From: Bacillota bacterium
GTDB lineage: Bacteria; Vulcanimicrobiota; JAJTBE01
Direction of reading: 5' to 3'
Length of the DNA: 64,000 bases
NCBI GenBank assembly: GCA_021287065.1
Contig: JAJTBE010000082.1
Coordinates: forward strand, 781-64,780
A model generated the notes under the pieces. It was not told where the DNA came from and did not search any database. It saw only the letters and a program-made list of their open reading frames with translations. The position numbers were made by a program, and so were the translations under genes. Positions 19,221 through 27,811 of the stretch are shown one piece after another. How positions within the stretch are numbered: the first letter of the stretch is position 1; each line of letters starts with the position of its first letter.

Positions 19221-20546
19221 TTAAACTACCATCATTACATAAAGGTCGCCACAGTCTATCAGATTCGGTTTTCCGGTAAGGAGCATTTTCTGATCCCTGA
19301 AAAACACATGGGCTTTTCTCTCACGAATCAAATCCAGAGGATCAGCGCCCATATTTCTGACTTCGTTGATAGTATTGCAGTTGACTACCACTCCAACGGA
19401 ACCGCCGTCTTCAAAATTAAAAGACGAACCCGCAAGGAACCATGCCCGATCAATTCCATCTATCTGAACGGCACAGGACATAGCCAGCGCACAGATCTCC
19501 TCAAGACGGAGTTCCTCCGAGTGGTCTGTTTTGCCCGACGCAATAAAGGCGCATGGAGCTTCCAGAGGTATGTTGAATTCTGCAATATCCTTAATAATAT
19601 TACCGAAGAACTTGCCCAATTGCTCTGCATCACCTTCAAGGCGGGTTGAAAGGATAGAAGCGGACAAGCCTGCCTGCTCCGCTGCGGACAGGGCGTCGGC
19701 GGCAAAGGATGATGAATGCTGTATCACATAATTGAGAACCTTTACAAGCTTTTCATCTCCTTCTTTAAGGGTTTCAGGGATTTTTTTCCTTATCCCGAGA
19801 TTGAAATGATTAAGAATCGAAGGGGGAAGTTTCAGGGGAAGTTTGTATCGAATCAGAATTCTTCTGCAGTCGTCAAAAGTGGTCTGATCAACATAAGTGG
19901 GCGACTGGTATGTTTTCCAGATATCTCCGCCGGGTTCATCGGAAACAATAACGGAAATAAGCGTGGCGGGGTGCGAAAAACTGAGAAACTGCCCGCCTTT
20001 GGTGCGGGACATATGGGTTTTGACAGAATTAATCTCTTCTTTCCGTGCGCCCGAAGCTCTCAGGGTTTTCAGCAGATTGGTGTAATCGGAAACAGAAACG
20101 GTATCAGGGAGACTTTCGAGAATTTCAGCGGTTCCCTTTGACAAAAGAAGAATAATCAAATCTTCATCAGTAGCGCTTTCCGCCATAAAGAGCAAATCCC
20201 TTAGGGATCTGAAACTGGTCTTGTCCATCAGGGGGCTTGTAGCTTCCTTTGTCTGAACCTTTTCCAGTTTTCCGCCAAAACCCGGAGGCGTGATAATCAC
20301 ACCCTGACTTATTTTATCGCCAAGCATAACCTCAAAAGCCTGCGCCATAGGGTAGGCGGCAATTCCCACACCGAGAAGAAAAACCCGCTTAAATCCCTCA
20401 AGGGGAAATTCTTCGCCGGATACTTTGAGAATGCCGTTTTCATAAGCTACATTTTTTCGAATGAGCCTTGTAATATCGGTCATATCAACTGACCGCCAGA
20501 AAATATCCCTAATCATGTCTGCGGGGGGTAATCTGTTTTCTGTCAT
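19221..20546 (-). CDS. glycerate 2-kinase-like (DUF4147/MOFRL family) protein
   Basis: 441 aa. The N-terminal segment LLGVGIAAYPMAQA resembles the GKAa..Ma motif. A C-terminal MOFRL-like segment ends LLTGKPNLIDCGDL. Confidence 0.5.
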   Translation of the reverse strand: MTENRLPPADMIRDIFWRSVDMTDITRLIRKNVAYENGILKVSGEEFPLEGFKRVFLLGVGIAAYPMAQAFEVMLGDKISQGVIITPPGFGGKLEKVQTKEATSPLMDKTSFRSLRDLLFMAESATDEDLIILLLSKGTAEILESLPDTVSVSDYTNLLKTLRASGARKEEINSVKTHMSRTKGGQFLSFSHPATLISVIVSDEPGGDIWKTYQSPTYVDQTTFDDCRRILIRYKLPLKLPPSILNHFNLGIRKKIPETLKEGDEKLVKVLNYVIQHSSSFAADALSAAEQAGLSASILSTRLEGDAEQLGKFFGNIIKDIAEFNIPLEAPCAFIASGKTDHSEELRLEEICALAMSCAVQIDGIDRAWFLAGSSFNFEDGGSVGVVVNCNTINEVRNMGADPLDLIRERKAHVFFRDQKMLLTGKPNLIDCGDLYVMMVV

Positions 20547-20901
20547 AATTCACCAGTCTCAGGTTGATTGAAAAATACAGGGACCTTCTCCCGTTCCTTC
20601 TGTTTATATACGATATTATACCATATTAGTCCTTCAGCAACACGCTACTCATCTCCTATATCAAATCCACCCCGATTCAGCGCAATCCTTTTTCAGACAA
20701 TTCACATCTGCCTGAAACACCTGAAAAAAGAAGAAAAGTGACAAACAATAATAAAGAAAAAAATGAATTTTGGATAAAGATGTTTTCCTGATTTGAATAG
20801 TAAATTTTACTGCATATTTTCAAAGGAAAAAAACTGTTTAAGTCCAAAATATTTACAAGGGATCAGGTTATAAACAAGCCTTTTCCGGGGGAGGGCGAAG
20901 C

Positions 20902-22224
20902 TTGAAGATTACAACAGGGTCGTCCGTTTACCACTACCCATCCCACCTTCTCAAAGGTAAAACGGGAAGAAAAGATGGACAGTCGGTTGAATGCCGCAAA
21001 ACACAGGACGGAAAGGATCTTTATTTCTTTCTTGTCTGTGATGCAGAAGCAGAATTTAATGAAAATTTCGCATCCATTGCACTGAAAACAGTTATGGATT
21101 CCTGTATTTCGGATTTCCGGAAAATTGTATCCGAAGAAAAAATCGACTGGGAACAGCAACTCGACAATATATTGAAAAATGCCAACAGTAAACTGTACGA
21201 TAAAGAACAGACAGAAGCTGTTGAAATGGGGGCTTCGCTCACGCTTGCCGTTCTTGAAGGCACAAAGCTGTTCACAGCCCACATTGGCAACTGCCGGCTA
21301 TATTTATTCAGGGACGGCAGAACGGATCAGATAACCGTTGACCAGTCACTTGTTATAAAACCTTCGGACTACAACGGAACAGAATCACAGTCAAAAAGGG
21401 TTATTGTAAGAAAAATAGGCATCGAGGAAATGACTCTGCCCCAGTTTGACACAAGAGAACTGTTTCCGGGAGATCGCCTCCTTTTCTGCACAGACGGGCT
21501 TTACAATGTTCTCTCTGATGAAGACATCACCCGGATAACATCAGCAGAGGAAGACTGCACAAGACAGAGTGAAAAACTGACCGACAGCGCAAAACTCAGG
21601 GATGCTGATGATAATATTGCCGCAATTAGTGTCTGTTTCTGCCGGGAAAAGGGAAAAACCAAAGGCAGGGAGCCTCTGAAAAAAGTAAAAAAGGAAGTAA
21701 AAGCAGGCTCAGAAATTAACAGAATCGCTGTTGTATTTTTCGTCATAGTTTTTCTGGCAGGCATAGCAGCTCTTTTCTGGTATTTTGCGGATTTACGATC
21801 AGGCAGGCAACAACAGGAATCAAACGATCAGGAAACTCCGAGGTTCAGAATCGAATCGGGAAAAAGCCTGAAAAAACTGACTGTCAACGGCAAAGACAGA
21901 ACAACATACCTTCAGAACGGAAAAGCTTTCTACAGGCTGAAACAGAATGTCAGCAAATTTATGTTAGATGCGGCAGCACCCTGGTCAGCCAGTCTTGAAA
22001 TACCCGCCGGAGCGGAAACGACTGTTAACTATGGAAAAGATAATATTATCAATATTGAACAGGGAACCGTCAGAATCTGGGTGGAAACCGGTTCCTCAGT
22101 GTCAGTTGATAACAACGGCGAAGGTAATAAGAAGGAAAAATCAGCAATCCATCTTAAAGACCTGAAAAAGGAACTGTATATCAACTTCCTTTCACCAACA
22201 GAAGTAAAACTGAAAATGGACTAA
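20902..22224 (+). CDS. PP2C-like Ser/Thr phosphatase domain protein with TM segment and extracytoplasmic C-terminal domain; metal-binding motifs partly degenerate
   Basis: AHIGNCRLYLFRDG (GDSR-like) and LLFCTDGLYNVLSDEDI (PP2C C-terminal DG motif). The first DGMGG-type motif reads VCDAEAEF. TM segment IAVVFFVIVFLAGIAALFWYF. Confidence 0.55.
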   Translation: MKITTGSSVYHYPSHLLKGKTGRKDGQSVECRKTQDGKDLYFFLVCDAEAEFNENFASIALKTVMDSCISDFRKIVSEEKIDWEQQLDNILKNANSKLYDKEQTEAVEMGASLTLAVLEGTKLFTAHIGNCRLYLFRDGRTDQITVDQSLVIKPSDYNGTESQSKRVIVRKIGIEEMTLPQFDTRELFPGDRLLFCTDGLYNVLSDEDITRITSAEEDCTRQSEKLTDSAKLRDADDNIAAISVCFCREKGKTKGREPLKKVKKEVKAGSEINRIAVVFFVIVFLAGIAALFWYFADLRSGRQQQESNDQETPRFRIESGKSLKKLTVNGKDRTTYLQNGKAFYRLKQNVSKFMLDAAAPWSASLEIPAGAETTVNYGKDNIINIEQGTVRIWVETGSSVSVDNNGEGNKKEKSAIHLKDLKKELYINFLSPTEVKLKMD

Positions 22225-22236
22225 CCAGCGTTAACT

Positions 22237-22698
22237 TTGCACACATTGAGGTTCTACTGTATGCAGTATTCCAATATCACTATTAATGTTATAGGGTTTT
22301 CAAACCTGTTAATGACTCCGGTGCTTTATATTATCTGTCTTATATGGCAGAATAACGAAAAAGCTGAGCTGTTTCACAGAAACGGGAGCACTCTTTTAGT
22401 TATGGCTGCTTCTCTTTCGTTGATATGTCTTGTGTTGTCCGGCGTAATGTTGCTGTTGAAAAACAAACTCCCCGGAAAACTGCAGACAAGCTCAAATCCG
22501 ATCCAGACAAAAATGACTCATGCAATGATAGTTTTAAGCATTTGCGAAATACCCGCAATTTTTGGCTTTGCCCTGTTTATTCTTTCAGGCAACATGAACT
22601 GGTTTTATGCTTTTGCAGGATATAGTATGCTGCTGTTTGCCTATTTCTGGCCAAGAGGAGCAGAACTTCCTTCAGGCGGGGATGTAACAAAAAAATAA
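22237..22698 (+). CDS. small integral membrane protein (4 TM), hypothetical
   Basis: Four hydrophobic helices. No motif recognised. Confidence 0.45.
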   Translation: MHTLRFYCMQYSNITINVIGFSNLLMTPVLYIICLIWQNNEKAELFHRNGSTLLVMAASLSLICLVLSGVMLLLKNKLPGKLQTSSNPIQTKMTHAMIVLSICEIPAIFGFALFILSGNMNWFYAFAGYSMLLFAYFWPRGAELPSGGDVTKK

Positions 22699-22730
22699 TA
22701 TCACTTTAAAGATGAGGAAGGGGAGTTACT

Positions 22731-22976
22731 ATGAATATCGAGATACTCGGAGCTAAAGATGCCCAGACTGACAGAGTGGTTGAAAATGTAAAAACCGCTC
22801 TTCAGAAAATCCAGTTGTTTGCAAAAATCAAACTGGTAACGGATCCCATCAAAATTTCATCCTATGGTCCAATGATGCTGCCTGCGGTTGTAATAAACGG
22901 TCAGGTGAAAATCAACGGCAGAGTCCCCCACGAAAACGAAATCATAAAAATGATTCAGAGAGAAGGCGGCAGATAA
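22731..22976 (+). CDS. thioredoxin-fold small protein (redox-active disulfide protein 2 / Thioredoxin_3-like) lacking the CxxC site
   Basis: MNIEILGAKDAQTDRV...LVTDPIKISSYGPMMLPAVVINGQVKINGRVP parallels the IEVLGTGCxKCxxL...YGVMSTPALVIDG family. No Cys present. Confidence 0.5.
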   Translation: MNIEILGAKDAQTDRVVENVKTALQKIQLFAKIKLVTDPIKISSYGPMMLPAVVINGQVKINGRVPHENEIIKMIQREGGR

Positions 22977-23091
22977 GGTTATTTGTTAACATGTTCTTAA
23001 CATGACAACAATTTACTCTGTATGTTGTTTCTGTTATAATTCTCGTAATAAGTTGGAAAAGTATTTTCATTCATCACATGGAGGTGCAGGT

Positions 23092-24378
23092 ATGTCAGGA
23101 ATAGGAGCGGTTGGAGGAGCAGACAGGCAATATAACAACCTCCCAGCAAAAATTGCAGCTAAAACGGAAGAAACGGTACAAACAGAACCGAAAGACAAAG
23201 TAGAGATTAAAAAAGATATAAGCACAGCAAGAAAGTTTGTTGAGAGAGTAATCGGTTCGCCGGTCGGCATAGTTACTTCAGCAGCTAATGCTGTAGGCGG
23301 ATTCTTCGGCGGCGGAGTCGCAGGAGTTACCGGACATGAAAGCAGAGCGGAAAGCGTCCACGGCGTAATGTCAGGCCTTGGCTATGTAGCAATGGGAGCC
23401 GCAGCCGGCGCAATGATTCCTGCAGCACCGGTTATCGGCGGAATCGCAGGCGGCGTGGTGGGCCTCATATTTGCAGGTCTGTCAGGCAAATCCGGTTCGA
23501 TGGAAAAAATAGGTGAATTTGTAGGAACAAAAGCAAAAACAGCTACATCTGACAATACACCTTCAGAATCAAAGATTAAAGACACAGTTATGAACTTCAC
23601 AGAAGGCGCCATCGTCGGAACAGTACACGGCGGCGTTGAAGGATTCAAACAGGGCACAGGCTACGGCGCAGGCATAGTTTCAGGAGTTATTGAGGGCACA
23701 AAAGGAATGGCGGGTGCTCTTGCCGGCACATACGAAAAACCGGAAGAGAAACCGGCTCAGGAAGGTGAAAAACCCGGTCTGGGCAAAAAAGTGCTCGATG
23801 CCATCATCAGCGCACCCCGCAACATAACCCGCACAATCGCCGGAACAGCAACAGGTATTGTTGGAGCAGGCCTCGGCGTATTAGACGGAGCAGCTCAGGG
23901 AACGGTAGTCGGCTCAACCACAAGGGAAAAAGCAAGCAGCGGATTCCACAGATTTATGGTTACAGCAGAATCAGTTCTCGCAGGAGCCGGCACAGCAGTG
24001 CTGCTGGGCGGACCTGTGGGCCTCGGAATCGGAATCGGCGCAGGTGTGGGTCTCGGTGTGGGCCTTATATACTCAGCAATTTCAGACCACACTGAAGCAG
24101 ACGAAGCATACGCCAAAGGCGTTACCGATGCTGTAAGAAACGCACAGTCGGGCAATGTTTATGAAAATCAGCCCGATCAGTACGGCGATCGCAAAAAGAC
24201 TGTTTATGAAACATTCCGTGATGGAATCGAAGGCACAATGACAGGTGCCGGTGCCGGCGCAAGAGAAGGCTTCAAAGAAGCTTTTCAGGCAGGCAAAGGC
24301 GTTGTTGACGGCGTATTCGATGCTGGTAAAGGCATAGCCAAAGGCATTGCCGGCGGACTCAGCGGACTGAAAGACTAA
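23092..24378 (+). CDS. glycine-zipper-rich protein (428 aa), family with 24406, 60595, 60999
   Basis: GGAGG RBS 7 nt upstream. No signal peptide. Many GxxxG-rich hydrophobic blocks (GAAAGAMIPAAPVIGGIAGGVVGLIFAGLSG; LLGGPVGLGIGIGAGVGLGVGLIY). Confidence 0.55.
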   Translation: MSGIGAVGGADRQYNNLPAKIAAKTEETVQTEPKDKVEIKKDISTARKFVERVIGSPVGIVTSAANAVGGFFGGGVAGVTGHESRAESVHGVMSGLGYVAMGAAAGAMIPAAPVIGGIAGGVVGLIFAGLSGKSGSMEKIGEFVGTKAKTATSDNTPSESKIKDTVMNFTEGAIVGTVHGGVEGFKQGTGYGAGIVSGVIEGTKGMAGALAGTYEKPEEKPAQEGEKPGLGKKVLDAIISAPRNITRTIAGTATGIVGAGLGVLDGAAQGTVVGSTTREKASSGFHRFMVTAESVLAGAGTAVLLGGPVGLGIGIGAGVGLGVGLIYSAISDHTEADEAYAKGVTDAVRNAQSGNVYENQPDQYGDRKKTVYETFRDGIEGTMTGAGAGAREGFKEAFQAGKGVVDGVFDAGKGIAKGIAGGLSGLKD

Positions 24379-24405
24379 GGACGGGTAACAAGGAGGTAAA
24401 GTAAA

Positions 24406-25101
24406 ATGACAGAAATAAGAGATGCCGGATCACTTAATTATACAAATACCAATATGGTAAAGAATCCACCGGCGAAACTTGAGCAGGAACCTCAGGTTGC
24501 CCCGCCCGCGGATCAGGTTACAATTTCAAAGCCTGAAAAGACTCTTGCCCAGAAAATAATCTCATTTCCCGGCAAAGTTATCGAAGGCGTAGCAGGAACA
24601 GCAGTAGCAGTGGTTTCAACACCTCTGCATATTCTTCCCGGTGCAGTGAAAGGTCTCAGCGAAGGTATCAGCGACTACAAGGGAAATAATCAGACCAGAC
24701 CTTTCTATTCGACCCTTTTCCTTCAGAATATTGCAATCGGTGCAGGCACAGGATTTGCAGTAGGCGGACCTCTCGGAGCAGCAATCGGCGGAGGCGCAGG
24801 CCTCATTGCTTCAGGTCTTCTTTCATGGTTTGGCGACAAGACGGAAGCTTACAGCCAGATGATCAGCAGTGTCGAAAAGAAAGTTGACAAAGCTGTGGAA
24901 GACAACAAAGGAACAAAGACCGAAGTTGCATTCCAGAGCGCCACAGAAGGCGGCATAATCGGCGGAGCAGTAGGCGCAAAAGCCGGATGGAAAATCGGAT
25001 TTGAAACCGGCAAAGGCGTCGTCAGCGGCGTAGTAGGCGTAGCTGAAGGGGTTGCAGAAGGCGTTTATGAAGTAGGCAAAAACATACTCAAAGGCAAATA
25101 A
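24406..25101 (+). CDS. glycine-zipper-rich protein (231 aa), paralog of 23092
   Basis: GGAGG RBS. GTGFAVGGPLGAAIGGGAGLIASGLLSWFGD. The N-terminal ~50 aa Pro/Ala/Lys/Glu-rich segment resembles those of the other family members. Confidence 0.55.
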   Translation: MTEIRDAGSLNYTNTNMVKNPPAKLEQEPQVAPPADQVTISKPEKTLAQKIISFPGKVIEGVAGTAVAVVSTPLHILPGAVKGLSEGISDYKGNNQTRPFYSTLFLQNIAIGAGTGFAVGGPLGAAIGGGAGLIASGLLSWFGDKTEAYSQMISSVEKKVDKAVEDNKGTKTEVAFQSATEGGIIGGAVGAKAGWKIGFETGKGVVSGVVGVAEGVAEGVYEVGKNILKGK

Positions 25102-25125
25102 CCCATAAAAGGTTTAAATATCAAA

Positions 25126-25163
25126 CTGCTCTGAAACTATCAAGCTTCCGGAGCAGTTTTTAT
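25126..25163 (+). terminator. rho-independent terminator (putative)
   Basis: ctgctc...gagcag stem followed by ttttt. Confidence 0.4.
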
Positions 25164-25329
25164 ATTTACGGATAATTATCTTTATGATATAATTTTTAAT
25201 TGGCAACATAAAAATGGAACCTGCGTATTTTACAGAAAGATTTTTCATGGGGATAAATGTAAAAATGAAATAGACAGTAGAAAAATCAAAAGAGTGCGTA
25301 TGTTCCAGAAAAAAATAAGGGGGTTAAAT

Positions 25330-25710
25330 ATGTCCGGAAGAAAAACACTTATGTTCCTCGCCATTGCAGTCATTGCATCAGTTTTCTGCCTGTCGCTGCC
25401 GGTATTTGCAGAGGATCACTGGAGCGGCACATGGTCATCAGAATGGGGAGATATGCATCTGGCAGTAAAGGGTAATGCCTTAACGGGAACTTACACCCAC
25501 AAAGAAGGCGTACTCAAAGGTTCACTTGCTGACGAAGGCAAGACAATCCGCGGCACCTGGTCCCAGGCCCCGACCCATAAACCTGAAAAAGACGCCGGCG
25601 CATTCGTTTTTATCATTTCATCCGATGGAAACAGTTTTACCGGCAAATGGTGGTATGGTTTTGACACCAGTAAAAAACCCGACGGAACCTGGAGCGGAAC
25701 CAGAAAGTAA
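25330..25710 (+). CDS. small secreted protein with two-fold internal GTW-repeat (126 aa)
   Basis: AAGGGGG RBS. Signal peptide MSGRKTLMFLAIAVIASVFCLSLPVFA. Repeated W-S-G-T-W / T-G-T-Y / T-G-K-W motifs. Confidence 0.5.
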   Translation: MSGRKTLMFLAIAVIASVFCLSLPVFAEDHWSGTWSSEWGDMHLAVKGNALTGTYTHKEGVLKGSLADEGKTIRGTWSQAPTHKPEKDAGAFVFIISSDGNSFTGKWWYGFDTSKKPDGTWSGTRK

Positions 25711-25742
25711 TCATAGGTTTAATATCTGTTAACTGAAAACAA

Positions 25743-25832
25743 CTGACGCCGGTTTCTGCGAAATATCCGCCACGCCTCAAATACAGGCAATGTGCGGTGT
25801 TTATTCCGGAAAACCGGCGTCAGTTTTATTTT
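25743..25832 (+). terminator. long imperfect hairpin followed by U-tract (putative terminator or structured element)
   Basis: ctgacgccggttt(25743-55) pairs with aaaccggcgtcag(25811-23). ttttatttt follows. Confidence 0.35.
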
Positions 25833-26084
25833 GTAGGGTTCCTTATCCAGAAGTTTTTTGGGAAACCCTCTTTTTTTAAAAAGCCGGCTTCCCAAACCCT
25901 TCCGGCTAAAACTTTCAGTTCATCATTTTTCCGCTCTCTTTAATCTTGTTTTCTGCATACCGATTTTCATTTCTTTTCTAAATTCATACTTTTTTGAAAT
26001 CTGCTTTGTAGTTTTCAAAAAGGCTGGAAATCGGGGGAAGCATCCCCATACACCGCTGAAGGAATAAAAACTTTTCAAATTCTT

Positions 26085-26472
26085 ATCCCGAATACTCCAG
26101 TTTTTCAAGGAGGGAGGTTCGGAGGGAAACCCCGCTTTTCCCAAAAAGCGTGGTTCCCTCTGACGGTCCCCCAGTCCTCTAATCCCAATGCCACTGAATT
26201 AGTAAAATTCACTCTAATCCACAGCCCAATACTCCTGTTTTTCAAGGAGGGAGGTTCGGAGGGTAACCTCGCTTTTTTAAAAAAGCGTGGTTCCCTCTGA
26301 CGGTCCCCAACCCCCCGTCGGTCCTTACCCCTCCGGTCGGTCCCCAATTCCAAAAGTTTTTGGATGGAGGTCCGGAGGAAACTTTTTTCAAAAAGTTTTC
26401 TCCGGGAGCTGGGCATAAGGATATAATTCTCGTGAGCGTTCAGATAAATCCATGCCTTAATTCAGGGACATT
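26085..26472 (+). repeat. MITE-like repeat copies 3a (5' ~100 bp only) and 3b (full) in tandem
   Basis: Copy 3a spans 26085-26186, from gaatactccag...ttcaaggagggaggttcggagg to gacggtccc. Copy 3b spans 26187-26472, from aatgccactgaattagtaaaattcac to aattcagggacatt. Confidence 0.8.
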
Positions 26473-26581
26473 ACGCCTGACGCCTCCCTCACTCAAAAAA
26501 ACAAATCCATGCAGTGGAAAGCGTCAGAGGTTCTTTTTTGTATATGATTCTGGTATAATTGAATAAAAAGGGGGATTAGTT

Positions 26582-27745
26582 ATGATTCTCTCGTCATTAG
26601 GTTTAAAAAAGACAAGAATTCCGGTTGCAAAACTGGTGTTAATAGTAGAAGCTACATTGCTTGCCATAAGCTTTGTGTGGATATTCCTGCGCAGGATACC
26701 TGTTTTTGAAAATATAAAGTTTGACAAAGGTTCCATAATACTCGGCATATTGATGGGCGGTGTGGTTCTTGCTTCCAGCGGGTTGTTTTATCTTATCGAC
26801 AAATTCGCATTCAACCTGAAGATGCGGGAAATGATAGAAAAGATGATTTACCCCATTTTTTCAAAGGTTTCCTTCCCTGATATTATTATGATGGCGGTTA
26901 TGTCAGGTATAGCTGAGGAGGTTTTCTTCAGAGGGATCCTGATGAAAGAATTCGGTATAATTGCGGCAAGCTTAATCTTCGGGGCACTGCATACATCGAG
27001 CAAAGACACATGGTTTATGGGGTTCTGGTCGGCTCTGGCTGGTGTGTTTTTCTGCATTCTTTATATAAAAACCGGCAATCTGCTGGTTCCCATAATCGCC
27101 CATGCGGTAAATAATTTTGTTGGCGTGATGTATATCAGATATATTTACACTCAGCCTGAAAAAGCCGAAACATCAACACTTACACAGGAAGAGATTGATC
27201 AGGAAGTAAGAAAAGAGAACCGGGCGGGATTTGATGAACAGGAAGAGATTTACGAAGATGATGAAATGTCAATTTCACCGGTTATAAGCGAAGGTTCGTT
27301 TCAGGAAGTAACGGAAAACACAGAAGGAGCAGAAACTCCCGAATTAATGAAGATTATGCCTGTAATGGAAGAAACCCCTGCAATGACTGTTCCGGCGCAT
27401 GAATCAGCGTCAGAAAGCGAAGAGGCAAAACAGACCACTCCCCTGCCGGCGGTTTCGTCACCGGTTCAGCTTCTGAATCCCGATATGCTAAAAGACATTA
27501 TCCGGCAGCCTCATACAGAAACCCCGAATCCGGAAAATCAACCGGAAAGTTCTGAAAATATGAAGGAGAGTGAACCCCCTGTGTTTGAAAACCTGCTGCC
27601 CAAAAAAGAAGAGGTTTCCACTGACAAGCAGAACGAAAACTCCGATAAAAAGAAAAAAAAGAAGAAGAAACAGGACATAAAACCTGAGCACAGAGCTGAT
27701 GATATAAACGAAGAAGGAATAGGATTCGTTCACGATCCCCAGTAA
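26582..27745 (+). CDS. CPBP family intramembrane glutamic endopeptidase (CAAX protease/Abi) with long acidic low-complexity C-terminal tail
   Basis: Motifs IAEEVFFRG, FGALH and HAVNNF. The tail is rich in E/P/T/S and ends in a KKKKKKKK run. Confidence 0.75.
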   Translation: MILSSLGLKKTRIPVAKLVLIVEATLLAISFVWIFLRRIPVFENIKFDKGSIILGILMGGVVLASSGLFYLIDKFAFNLKMREMIEKMIYPIFSKVSFPDIIMMAVMSGIAEEVFFRGILMKEFGIIAASLIFGALHTSSKDTWFMGFWSALAGVFFCILYIKTGNLLVPIIAHAVNNFVGVMYIRYIYTQPEKAETSTLTQEEIDQEVRKENRAGFDEQEEIYEDDEMSISPVISEGSFQEVTENTEGAETPELMKIMPVMEETPAMTVPAHESASESEEAKQTTPLPAVSSPVQLLNPDMLKDIIRQPHTETPNPENQPESSENMKESEPPVFENLLPKKEEVSTDKQNENSDKKKKKKKKQDIKPEHRADDINEEGIGFVHDPQ

Positions 27746-27811
27746 AATAAAAGAAGCTGTCCCAAAACCCTCTGTTTCCACAGTATTTCAGAACAGCTTC
27801 CTGATTAATTG

